Positions 47,551 to 59,969 of a stretch of DNA of 64,000 nt are shown here, piece by piece. The notes beneath the pieces are model-generated. The model was not told the DNA's origin and did not search any database. It saw nothing but the letters and a program-made list of their open reading frames with translations. The stretch's first letter is position 1, and every line of letters starts with the position of its first letter. Both the position numbers and the translations under genes were made by a program. The DNA lies in NCBI GenBank assembly GCA_001687465.1, contig LVLI01000202.1, positions 62,001 through 126,000 on the forward strand. Reading direction: 5' to 3'. This DNA comes from Halocafeteria seosinensis. Taxonomy: Eukaryota.

Positions 47551-48072
47551 CGTGATTTAGACTCTTTGTTGTTTAAATTACACAAAGGAAACTAGCTTGG
47601 TACTGTCTATGGCTCAGAGCGTCCACTAGAGAGAGAAAACTTTATCTCTAACCTCCCGCTGTTTTGAAATCTCAACAGCAAAAAGAAAGAAAAGTTCTTT
47701 AGGCACAGCCACACAGAGAGATTGCTATGGAAGCTTGTTACAAACAGAAAGAGACCAATTCCTTTCTTTCTCTGCTCAGTTGCACATTGGGGAAGGGAAC
47801 GCTGTACAATTCCTTTCGTCCAGTGCATTTGAATGGGAAGCCAAGGGGGTGGTTGGTTGGTTTTTTTTTGAAATGTCGAAGGCGATAATCTTTTCTTGGA
47901 GCTTCCGCGAAGCAACAATCTTTCCTTGGGGTTTTCTTTCTTGTTTAGCGGCGCCGCAGAATCGGTCCTCAGTCATGCTTGCTTGCTAAGTTGTTTTATC
48001 GTGGACGGTGACATAATCTGTCCATTCTTATCGATCTCTGTGTATGTATTTCACGAACGACGAGTAGGAACT

Positions 48073-49979
48073 ATGGCACACTCACACCTGAGAAACAAAG
48101 GGATCTCGTAAGTAGTTCCCTCCACGTGGAGGTGGACTTCAAGAATGCTTCATTTCCATTGATAGGAGGCATATCTACGTACGCCGGCACTCTCTCTATG
48201 CACTTTACAGGTTGGAGCACATCCTATCCACGTCTGATCTGGAGACTCGTAGAAGTCGCATTGTATGCACCATCGGTCCGGCATGCTGGGAGGTGGAGCA
48301 GCTCGTGAAGATGATTGATTGTGGTATGAATGTAGCCAGGCTTAATTTCTCCCACGGAGACCACCAGATGCATGGGCGAACCGTTGCTCGAATTCGCGAG
48401 GCCGTGGCCCAGCGACCGGGCAAACATGTGGCCATCATGCTAGACACAAAAGGGCCGGAGATCCGTACCGGATACCTTAAAGATGCGAAGGAGATTCAAC
48501 TAACGAAAGGACAAGAGCTGTTCATTTCGACGGACTACGATTTGAAGGGTGATACGTCAACCATTGCATGCTCGTACAAGAAACTGCCTCAGACAGTCAG
48601 TCCAGGTGGAGTCATACTGGCGGCTGATGGTAACGTTGTTATGCGTGTTGAAGAATGCAGAGAGGAGTAAGTAGTGTTGGTGTACTGTGCGACGCTCCAA
48701 AAAAGTGTTATTGCATCTGCGGAATTGTTTTACCTTCAGTGGGGTACGCGTGACCGTGCAAAGCAATTCCACCCTCGGTGAAAGAAAGAACGTCACCCTT
48801 CCCGGTTGTTACGTGGACCTGCCTACAATGACAGAAAAGGATCGAAGTGACATCGTCGACTTCGGTATCCAGTATGGAGTAGATTTAATAGCTGCATCGT
48901 TTGTGAGGAAAGGCGAAGACCTTGGTAAGTCGCACTCAGTATGTTTTTGGAGAAAGCTTTAGTTAGCTCACCTCTGTCGAATGCAGATGTAATTCGGGAG
49001 ACACTTGGACAAGCGGGAGCATACATCAAGATTATCTCAAAAATCGAAAACCAAGAGGTTAGTGCTCTTTCATCTGGTTTGTATGTTTGTTCGCTTTGGT
49101 GTCATCCATTTGAGCTTTACTCCTAACTCATTTTCAGGGTTTGGAGAATTTCGATAACATCCTTGAGAAAACCGATGGTGTTATGGTGGCCCGTGGTGAC
49201 ATGGGTATGGAAATGCCTTCTGAAAAGGTATTTCTTGCGCAGAAAATGATGATCCGAAAATGCAATCTAGTGGGCAAGCCGGTGATAACTGCTACTCAAA
49301 TGCTTGATTCCATGATCCAAAACCCGCGCCCTACTCGGGCCGAGTGCACAGACGTAGCCAATGCTGTGCTGGACGGGACTGATGGCGTCATGCTCTCAGG
49401 GGAGACTGCGAGCGGAAGCTACCCCTTTGACTCAATCCTGATGATGGCTCGTGTTTGTGTCGAAGCCGAAAATGTCATGAACCACCGTCAATTATACTAT
49501 GCCGTAAGCGGGAGTGTCCATGAAGAACTTAGTGAAATCGTTCCCATGCAAGAAGGAGTGGCGAGCTCTGCCGTAAAGACTGCGATGGACATCGACGCTC
49601 GATGTATTATCGTATGCTCTGAAACCGGAAATTCCGCTCGTCTTGTAGCCAAGTATCGGTACGTCACTGGCTGAGCATCATCTCCGCGATTTTGTTGCTT
49701 TCATTCGCTGCGCGTAAGCTTTACTGCAGACCGGGCATTCCTATATTGGTGCTAACCGCTACGGACTGGGTAGCTAGACAATGCTCTGGTTTACTTCGGC
49801 AAGTACATGCCCTCCAGATGGGAAGTATGATCGGAACGGAGTCTATTTTGCTCAGAGCGATTGAGATGGCCCGAGACTGGGGCTGGGTAGACACTGGTGA
49901 CTGTGTCGTGGCTGTCCATGGTCAACTTGAAGGCCGACCAGGCTCCACTAACCTATGCAAGGTATTAGAGGTATCTTAA
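48073..49979 (+). CDS. PK: Pyruvate kinase, 6 exons
   Basis: 'IVCTIGPA', 'ARLNFSHG', 'LDTKGPEIRTG', 'IISKIENQE', 'MVARGDMG', 'ATQMLDSMIQNPRPTRAE', 'MLSGETA'. Confidence 0.96.
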
Positions 49980-50110
49980 GTGTATATTTGTCACATTCGT
50001 CACAACAGGATAGCTCAGCTCGTGAGATCTTTTGAAGTTACTTCTACTTCATGTTCCGGGTGGCTAACATTTGCGACGGCCAATAGTCTCACGACTAAGG
50101 TCACGTCACT

Positions 50111-52262
50111 CTACTTCAAAATTGGGTACGTGGCATCCGTGGCAACACCACAATTATTACCTTTGCGTGACATCAAAATATACCCATCGTCCCCCCAGTA
50201 GGTAGACCAACTGTTCTTGACAATCCTGCGAGCCGAAACCACAAGTTAATATCCAAGGTAGCAAAGCGTGCCTGACTATGTCTTAACATACCAGTAGTCC
50301 TCACCATTTTCAGTGGTACCGTACCCTACGGCCAGCACAGTATGGTCGAGATCGTTGTAGCCGTTTTTGCCTGCGAAACATCAAAAACAGATGACGTCCA
50401 CTTTATTCAAGAACCAAGAGAAGCCAGCGATCTTGCGATGGCGGAAGAGCCCTCAGGAACAGTAAATAAGTCATCAACTACTAATATAGAGAACGAAATG
50501 AACTCAAATATTAGATCATAGAAATCTCATGTAGAGCATCACTGGGCAGCCTACTTTATTGCTAGCACAAGCGCCACTTACACTTTGGATCATAATAGAC
50601 TCCCGACGAGTAAAACGAGAACGAATCCAAGGAGGCATCAATGCTAATGCTGGTGGGGCCTTGCAGTGCGATTGCGGCCATCAACGCCCTTTCGTCACCC
50701 GATTTCACGTTAACGTAGCTTGATAGCTGGACCAGGGGCTTTGTTACAGTACGGTTCACGCCACACCATCCGTTAGCAGCTAAGTATGGGCCATATGCTT
50801 GTTGTGTAGACAGACCACCGTTAGACATGATCCACTCGTAAGCGCTTGTGTCTAATCCACCATCGCAGCCATTGTTTTCATATTTCCAGCTACAGTCGAC
50901 AAGCTCCTGCTGACTAAGTACTGGAAGAACTCCATATTTTAAAAAGTAGTGTCCTTCAATAGTTCCGGTCGTTCCGAAGCTCCAGCAAGACCCTGATACA
51001 TATCCAAAAATTGATGAAGCGAATCCAACGACCGGTGCAGCAGTAACTAAAAACTTACCACAAGGACCTTGGTCCTTAACAGGGTTGACGGCTCCCTTGG
51101 TTCTCCAATCCACGTGTGTAGGAAGCTCAGTCAATGGCTCTTCTACGGCACTATGCGACATGGCACCAGATTTTCTCAAACCACCATGGCGATTACGCCT
51201 TCTCCTTCTTCCTGCCCCTGTGTACAATGCTCTTTCACTATGAGTCATATCAGTAAAGCGATTCACTTCCAAACGAGCGGAAAGGCCTTGGCTCGCAAAT
51301 TCGTGATTTTTGGAGTGTATGAATTGGAGATTTTGTAAGAAAACCTTTTCTCTTTCAGCTCTGAAAAAAATTTGAGGAAAATGACTATCCAGCAGCTACA
51401 CAACGATGGAAATCCAATACGAACCTCTCACTCGCACTTGCGTAATTCTTGTTGAATTTCCGCAGAAATTGTTCAAACACAGTGTCCGTTGCATCTCCGG
51501 AAGCCTTAGAAACGTGTACCAGTCTCCCTAAGAAAGTGCGAGGATCCCATGATCCGAAGAGGCTCTCGCTGCTCCAGGATTCACACTCCATATCAGGTTT
51601 TTCAAAGATGTTGGCCGGGAAGGATGCAGATCCTGATTGGTAACTGTAATAGTCAAAGATGTACTCATCATAGTGGCTTCCAGTGACCGTATTGTAGCCC
51701 AAAAAGTGGAACTGCATTGGAGTTTCATCTTGCACCGTTGTGTAGAAGTGGTACGTGTTCACCTTCTGCTCATTTTGGGTGATATACACGTAGTCAAAGC
51801 ATTCTTTTCCACGAATGAATACCGTCGCGTTCTGTTTGTGAAAGGTTTGGGAGATGTCCGGAATCAGCGGAGTCAAGCTGACTTCGCCTGGGGTCGTGTA
51901 GCACTTCTGTTTGGTAATTACTGGGTTCACTTGCCAAGTGACCTTTTTGCCAGGTCTGTCAATAAGGGGACCACAGCCACTCCGAATAACCACATGCGAT
52001 ACAGAGACATACTCCCCGAGAGATCGACGTACCTGTAGATGTAAATGTCCGTCCCATGAAAGTAATCCAGGGTCTGTTTCTCATCATGGGGGCTGGAAGC
52101 GTCATAATAATCCGTAATTGTCTGCACGATATCCCCGTATGGCAGGGTCAATACCGTCTCCACCGAGTACACAGACGGTCGTATATACGCAGCAGATACT
52201 TGTGCTGTCAATGACACCCATATTAGTCCAGCAAACGCCGCGAAAACAAAGGATTTCGTCAT
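50111..52262 (-). CDS. Papain-family (C1A) cysteine protease with long N-terminal extension (CfaD / 26-29 kDa proteinase type), 6 exons
   Basis: Signal peptide; '[11 protein letters not shown]' extension motif; I29 prodomain; '[13 protein letters not shown]', '[11 protein letters not shown]', '[15 protein letters not shown]'. Confidence 0.9.
50449..50547 (-). ncRNA. Intron-encoded box C/D snoRNA
   Basis: Minus strand reads GCCC-A-GTGATGC(C box)-tctacatgagatttct-ATGA(D')-internal CTAATAT/ATATTAG stem-TTGATGA(C')-cttatttactgttc-CTGA(D)-GGGC. It lies inside the 211-nt intron 50371-50581. Confidence 0.82.
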
Positions 52263-53009
52263 GCTGCAACCCGGACAAACCTGGGGGTTTTGTCCCTGTA
52301 GCAGGAGTCTGTATGCACGTAAATCGAGGAGACGATGTTTCTCCTCAAACGCACACACACAGAAAGAGATGTAGCTATGTGTTTACTCCAAAAAAAAATG
52401 TATGAAACGACAATGCTTATAGAAAGCTTTCACTATTCGTGTCCGCCGGCACCATTGTCCGCTTCTGAACCCTAGGAATTTAAGGGCGCGGGCATTCCGC
52501 CTTTGAAAGCGTTCGATTAAACTACCAACCTGGTACAATATGTAGGCAGCGTTTTCCGAGAAGTTATACCCTGTGCATCCTCCCTCTCACGGCAAATAGT
52601 AACATTCAAATATCCCAGGTGTAAGGGTTGTACAGCACTACCACTGATTATGGGAAATGTTATCGTATCGTTACGAAACTGAAACGATTGAAGACGAACT
52701 AAAAGTTTGCGCTCTTCCCTACGACTACATCAAAAACATTTATTGCACTCTGCCGTACGTCTGCTGACTCAGTGCTGCGTGCCATTAACAGCGTTACCTT
52801 CTTCCTGTTGAGTCTTTTCGATTAAGCTCAGTTTCCTCCGACTGCATTTTGAATAAAGTTATGAAACCAATAAATTCTGGAACATGAACTCCTTGGAAGA
52901 ATGCTCGAGTCGTTGTCACAGCGTAAAACTCTTGGTTTATTGTCCAATATCGATGGTTTATACCATCCGCTCTCATGTAACCAAAGGCGCCTATCCAAGT
53001 GCGTTCGCC

Positions 53010-54015
53010 CTAGCTGGGTATAACCTGCTGAAGTGCTGCATGCATTGACGTATTCGAACCTTGAGCCCCACGAGAGTTTCCCCTCGCCGGTGGGGAAGAA
53101 ATGCGATACTGGTTACTCTCTCCGAAATTGGATTCAAATCTACCAGGTGTGCCAAAAAGTGTATCACGAGCGATTAATTCTCGATTTGGCGAACCATATG
53201 TATTATTCGGAAATCCCTTGCGAGGCGAGGCGTACATGTTCCTCGAGCTAACACGATTTGACTCGTCCGCGGAAGTATCTGTGGCGTCTTGGGTCCGTTG
53301 TTGGGTCTTTAGAAGTGCCTGATGCAGCCTCTCCTGATCCGATGCAACTCTACTGAGAGCCAGATTGACGTCTTCTTTGAGCTCTTGAGTACTGGTATCC
53401 GGGATCGCTCGTTGGTTCAAATTCCCTTCCAACCGTGTATAGAGATTCGACAATGTCTTGATGTTATCGGAGAGGATCAATTCAACGTCACGTAGCGCCT
53501 CGAAACAAGAGCGCAGAGGATGTTGAGAGCTATCCGGTTCCATAGCCTGATAATATTGGAAAAGATGTTCCATAAAAGTTTGCACGTCGTCCCTTTCCGA
53601 TTCCCTTAGGAGCGCAGAGGCCTGAACCACATCAAGAATTTAAAAAGAATATGTAGCAAGGTTGGTCGCTCTCTCAGGAACTTACATAACTTTTAACTGT
53701 AGAATCATCACGTAATTGGGTAGGGTAAGAATACTGGAGAGCATCTACTAGTTTCGTGAACAACGCCGAGGAAGATCCTGCCTCGTTTTGAATTCCACGA
53801 TCTGGTCTAGCTGGCTGAGATGTGGGAACCGAAGACTCCGCACTAGACGCGGCTGTTGCGGCTGCAGAGGAAGACGTCTCCGTTCGAGCTCTTTTCGAGT
53901 TGTGAGTGCTTGAATTGGCCGTTCTACTGGTCGTCGTGGATTTCCTACTAGCCTTTGTAGTTGAGGGTTTGGCTCGTTTGCGGCCGGTCGCAGAGGTGTT
54001 GGACGTTTTGGGCAT
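53010..54015 (-). CDS. Hypothetical protein (basic NLS-like N-terminus, helical core), 2 exons
   Basis: ORFs 53674-54015 and 53010-53630 join via GTAAGT..TTCAG. No family recognised. Confidence 0.6.
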
Positions 54016-54361
54016 GGTTTTCGACGTTCCACAAGGGATATAATGTTATTTCCGGGTTGGTACACTCTATATTATGTTACAAATGCAGTGCAACCTTAAC
54101 ATTGTACAAGCACGACGGATTGAAGGCGATAATTCAAACCCAACGAGCACTGAAACAAAAGATTGCTCGATGGCGCAGGAAGTCCAAAAGTTGGGTCTTA
54201 TAATGTTTTACAGCGCTCATGCTGCATGAGCATCTAGTGTTGGTGATTTTATAACAAGAGTATAAAAGGTTGTATTTTTCTTGAAAGCGAGGAAAGTGAT
54301 TATTGTTTCCTCACTTTAAAATAAGGCCTATAGAACACGTACCAGGATATTGGCGCTCTCT

Positions 54362-55290
54362 ATGCCACGTCACTTGCGTATTACTGAAATGAGGAATGCT
54401 GTCAGAGCACTTCCCAGAATTGGACGCTCTTCAGTGGCAACATCGGGTTATGCAGACGTTGGAGTGTCAACTTTGCATGCGTTCAGTGCCTCACCAAACT
54501 CTTCGTACGTGCATCAATTCCAGCGGCACGCGCACAACAGAGCCCCAATGACCCCGCTCAGTAGCTCTTCCGGGGGCCAACTATCGTCCACTTCGAGTGC
54601 ACTATCACCTGGTAGAACGTTTCATACGGATACCAGTCTAACACAGGAGAGCGTTACGGCTGCCCACGAGGAGCAGAGCGTGGAAGTTGTGCAACCTTCA
54701 GCTACTCACGAAGATAGCCTCAAGATTTCAGACCGATGTGTTGAGGTAAGTAACCAGTACTTCCAATTTTGGTGAAGCAGAAATCATTTGCTGGAATGAT
54801 GATTCGCAGCGCCTGGAGGAAATCGCCGCCAAGGAGAAATACAGAGACTTGGTGGAACGGGGTGAGTTCAAACTTAGAGTTGGGGTTAGAGCTGGTGGAT
54901 GTGATGGATTTGAGTACTTTCTGGATCTAGACAAAGAACCTGCGAAAGAAGATGATATGTACGTAAAACGGTTTCAACATTTGGGCATACACTGACGAAA
55001 TTGCTTGACTTCTTTACCTATGAGCGCAGAATATTTCAACGAGGCATAGCGAAGATAGTTGTCGACGATCAAGCACTGGAGAAAATAGAGGGAAGCACTA
55101 TTGATTTCACTGAAGATTTAATAGGATCGAAGTGAGTTGGCTGTCTTTGTGTTCGCTTATACTTGTTAGGCTCCAGACTTGCTCGGCGGCTTGATGCAGA
55201 TTTGCTGTCGTCGATAATCCGAATGCGGAAACATCCTGCGGTTGTGGAACAAGCTTTGCCCCGAAAGAGGAGGAAGGCTTCAAAATCTAG
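54362..55290 (+). CDS. ISCA2: Mitochondrial Fe-S cluster assembly protein ISCA2 (HesB family), 4 exons
   Basis: Presequence; 'LRVGVRAGGCDGFEY', '[35 protein letters not shown]'. Confidence 0.9.
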
Positions 55291-56171
55291 TTCTTCGACG
55301 CCGAAGACCGCGCTTATTGGCGAAACTCCCCACACGTAGTGGCCTCTGAATCAAAATATAACAACAAAAGTTAGTTTGAGAATAAGGTTGTTTTCCTGAG
55401 CTTTCTAAGCTGGAGTCACTCAATTGCAAGTTCTTCACCTACACCGTGTAGACTGGCTACCCTTTTAGTTTTAATGATTTAATGGAGGATTGATTGGCCA
55501 ATCCTGTTGCCGTTGTAATGAAGTGCAAGAACAGGGCGATACGCTGGAATGTTAGAGCATTGCCGCTCAAGGAAAAATCTCCATCTTCCGTAGTATGCTG
55601 ATATATTGAGCTTCCACTTTCACGCACTACAAAGCTGATCCACAATAAAGCTGTGAAGGTCGACCCCGGAGCTGAACTTCGCTGCATCTGCGTCAGATGA
55701 CCTGAAGAGGACGTTTGACTCCACAGTTGTTCTATCAATGTTCTCGGTTTGATATATACATCAAGTCTACAGCTGTCATCCGTGCTTTTGAATAGACACT
55801 CTTGGACACGTTTTGTACTTTGTGGGAAAATTCTATCGCCTGCTGCGCACTGCTCGGTGGCTCTGTTCCGTAGAACTGCTGTGTGCAAGGGTTTTCGCGG
55901 TAGCAAATACCAGCGTATAGAGAAAAGCATAGTGGCGATTCTTTGTGTATACGTTTCAAACTTCTTATTTATTGACCGCAGTTGGAGGTTGAACACCCTC
56001 TATTCACAGTGCCGCTGGGGCGCAATTTTATTCAGTGTTGCTCAACGTTGAAGACTCGGTGGTGCCAGGTGTATCTTGCGGAACACGCTCGCGATATAAG
56101 GCTCTGGAAGGACACGGAAACAAATCCAACATAACACCGTCGAACTATTGAACTAGCCGCATGGTGTTTCA

Positions 56172-57139
56172 ATGGAACCAGACTATCCAACAAAGCTCTT
56201 GCACGCACATCCGGCTAATTGTCAAGTGACTGAACTCCAGTACAACAAGCTGAAGCACTTGACGTCAGACGAGGAATTGCCAAAAATGAGAAAGGGCTCG
56301 ACAGCCTCTAATGAAATGAAAGGCGACGATCCAGTAGGAGACGATGATGAAAACACACAGGAAACATCGCATGCTACCTCACCTCCTGCAGAGTGTTCTA
56401 ATGGAGACGACCCCCCTCCTAGGAGATCCGCAGGACGCCGTAGTGGAGGTGACAATGGGAGGACGAAGAGAAAACGTATAGAACAAAACCATCGACAGGT
56501 ACGTTAATTGGGAAGCTGTGATGTTTAAGAAAAGAACAATATCTCAGTTAGCTTAAGTTACAGAAAGTGGGAGAATTATTTAATACTCTGTCTAAGGTTC
56601 TGGGTAACTCCGATGAGTATGCTTTAAGACTTACACGTCCGTTAATCCTGGAAATGGCAATTGAGCGGCTCTCTGGTGAGGCGGACAAACCTGCCTTGCC
56701 TTCCAATGGCGAAAACGTACTGAGACGGAAGCGAGGGCGAGACAATTCTCAACTTGGGGCGGAAGTTTGCCCGTCATGTGGGAGCGTGGTTAATGCACAA
56801 CCTCAGTCAGCCCCAAAAACAATTGGGCAGTGTACGCCGAATGCTGCGAATGCGTCGTGTCAATCAGCACGTGGTTATGATTCCCCGCTGATTGTAGATA
56901 ACACAGTTTATTGTCCAAGAACAAGTACCCCGAGTGTCGCCTCACACACCCAGTTGTATTCGTGGCCCGGATCTCCTCGACCTGGAGTAACCCACGTGGA
57001 TCCTCCAAACTCTAGCGTTCCACCTACGAATCCAGGCATTCCGACTGCGTACCCTAGCGTTCCGGCTTCATATAACTATCCTTGGTATTTCTACGCGCCA
57101 AGTATCCCTCCGACTAACGTCAAATGTCAACGAAAATAA
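56172..57139 (+). CDS. Divergent bHLH-like transcription factor; intron 56499-56563
   Basis: Spliced 'KRKRIEQNHRQ|KVGELFNTLSKVL..LTRPLILEMAIERL' fits the bHLH pattern. Pro-rich C-terminus. Confidence 0.6.
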
Positions 57140-57645
57140 TAGAACCCACCGTATGCATGTTACAGTTGTACTACCGACCCATTGTTCAGCTGTGCGAACT
57201 TTAGTTTAGTTCGTGATTCCCGCGTGGTCCTCAGAACTCATTAGTATTTAGACGGGCTAACCTGATTGGGATTGTCAATTTGGAAAACAGGAACCTAAAA
57301 CAGTAACTAAGTTACCGTGTGCCGAGGAGCTTTTGCGCACCTTACATTGAATTATGGCAGTTTTTTGCATGAATGATGACCGTAGTTGCTCATAGCTGAT
57401 GCGAAAGCAGTTCCAGGATTAATTCCGTTGGTCTACACGTTGGGCTTTATGATGACAAAGGAGCCTGAAACTTCAGACGTTTTACAATTCCCTCGTAATT
57501 ATAGTACTCGCATGTGTAGTCGCGCGAAAAGCATAGGAGACCTTACTGGACAGACAGAAGCAGAGGTACATTTTTCGTGTGATCGAACAAATGGTGGCCG
57601 TCTATGAGACTACGGCATCAGTAAGCCGACACATATAGCAAAGAG

Positions 57646-59462
57646 TTATTCCTTGTGGTTGGACACACTCCTTGACTGCTTCAGTCCATCTCGAATAGAT
57701 TCTGCACTCTGGTAAATGTCGTTAAGTGACTCGAATGAAGACCTCCGACGCTCCCTCCGAGGATAGTTTTCCTTTTGGCTACCGCCGGAGGAAGCTTCCC
57801 GAGGTGGTTCCCAGTATTGCCTTGAGTCTTCCGAGGACGCATCAATATCTGTGTCGCTTTCGTCGGCATCATCTACTCTCCGCTTTGCAAAATTGTTCCA
57901 ACTACTCTTCAAGGTTTCATAGCTCCGAAGTGATTGGTTTAATCTCTGCTGGACTCTCTTGCGGAAGCCATCAAATTCCGCGACAGTGCGAGGCCGAATT
58001 GGAGTCAACGAGGAAGAAATACTATCATCAGTTGTTGATGCAGATGCCCGTCGGGACGATCGTCGTTGTGAAACTGATGGTGTAACACCTTCCTGTTGTT
58101 TGTCCCGGGCACTCAACTGTTGCTGCGCCGTACTTTGAGTCCATGGGCTCTTGGAAGTACGCTTGTCTTTGCTCCGAATCGTTCTGTTATGGCGGCGCCG
58201 TCTGCTATCCGTATTGAGCCTACTTATAAAGTTTTGCGCTTCTTCGGCCTCTTTTCTCAACCTCTCTTTCTCCTGTGTATCTCTCTCCTGCGTCCTTTGT
58301 CGATCCAAAGCGAGTTCTAGAACGGATAGAGCAGCAGGCCTCATGTCGTATCGCGATTGCTGCTCCGCCAGGCTTTCGACGGCCTCCTTCATAGATGCTT
58401 GAACATCCGGTGGTAGAGCAGCGTAGCTAGGCAGCCGTGGTCCACCCACCATACAATTCGTATTTTCGCCTTCACTGCCGTACCGTGACGTAGCAGCTAT
58501 GGGATGAAGACCCGCGGAGCGAGCAAGGCGCTTTCTTCGGCTAAGGGAGTTCCGCGGCATATCTCCAGTCAACGATGTTCCTATAGATGAATCGATTATT
58601 TCTGCAACAGCGTTAGCCTGCTCCATGTAGTAATGTTCATAAAGCACAGACATTTCAGTATACCGACTAATTATGTTCCTGGCAAAGTCAAGTCTAGTCT
58701 CAGCCGCCTGTAACTCTATCCAAGAAGAGGCTTCCTATGCAGTCTAGTTCAGAGGCAACGAAGCAATATACGTACCAGACTCCTTTCAACATCGCCAGCC
58801 ATCCCCATGGAAGATCTCTGTAAGGCCAATCTGTTCAGAGCTTCAATATAAGGGGAACGCTCTGAACTTCTCGTGTGTCGTTGCTCATCATGCCCAGTGT
58901 TCCCGTACGGTGGAGAATAGTGATGCCCAAACAGCCACGGCCACAGGCGCATCGCTTCCTTATGAGCCTCGTTGTTATCCAAACCCTCTTCAGCGTTTTG
59001 CCGTTGTCCAGACGTATGTCCCTGTCGTTGACTTCTCTCGTACTGGTCAGCGAACCGCGCCGTTCTCCTCCCGTTCTCCTCCTCTTGTTGGCGTGTCCCA
59101 CCTTTCGGTGGTGCTTCAGAGGACCTCAACGAAGCTGTCTCCTGCTTCCTACCTGTTCGGCGCCTTCGGTGCCACCGCGCTTGCTCGGAGGAGCCCCCCG
59201 TGGAGCCTGATGTTTCCGTACTGCTGAGACTATCCTCCTGTCCGTCTTCCTGGGCTACTTGCTGCCTTTCCTCCTCTCCTTCCGAATCAGGTGGCGTCGT
59301 CAAGGTCATAGAGTTGGTCGACGTTCCTGGGGAGGACAATGACTTGCTTTCCACATTGCCGCCGTTGCGACTGGAAGTTGCCACCGTGTTAACACGAGTT
59401 GTCCAGGTCGCCGCCATGGACGAAGATGGGGCCCCATGCACAGGTATTTTTCTACCCGACAT
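57646..59462 (-). CDS. Hypothetical Arg/Ser-rich protein, 2 exons
   Basis: ORFs 58749-59462 and 57646-58653 join via GTACGT..TTACAG (~58710-58778). Confidence 0.6.
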
Positions 59463-59969
59463 TTTTTAAGAGAAATAGTACACATGCAAGGAAGGACTAA
59501 TCATGCATGCAATCAACAATTGTCGAGCCTAATGACATAATAATGACACTGTACGATCTTGTGACGGTTAAATTAACGTCATCTTCACAAAGAATTCATT
59601 TGAATTGGTGCCGCTTGTACTTGCATGATGTTGCACAGTTCAGGAACTGTGAACATCCTACGGCTGTGCATTGATCACCAACGGTGGTGATAAGCCTATC
59701 GCGCATAAGCCATTAAAGGATCGACACTCAGAATAATCGGACTGAGATCGACATCGGCGTCATGTGCGGCAGTCATACCACATGGTTGTACCGAGTTGCT
59801 CTACCTAAGTGGACAATTTCGTTTAGTTGCTGCTCTTTAGATGTGACGTGACGGATCTGGTACCGTTTTGCAGGGGCGATTGAGCCGCGGCTCCTATTTG
59901 AAAATGACGTCAAAGATTTCTTGCCACTTGGGTTTGGAGTGATTTAATTGATTTGCTTAAGTTGCATCC

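Noticed and set aside
55457..55996. 179-aa minus-strand ORF
   Set aside because: No motif or clear gene structure; could be chance.
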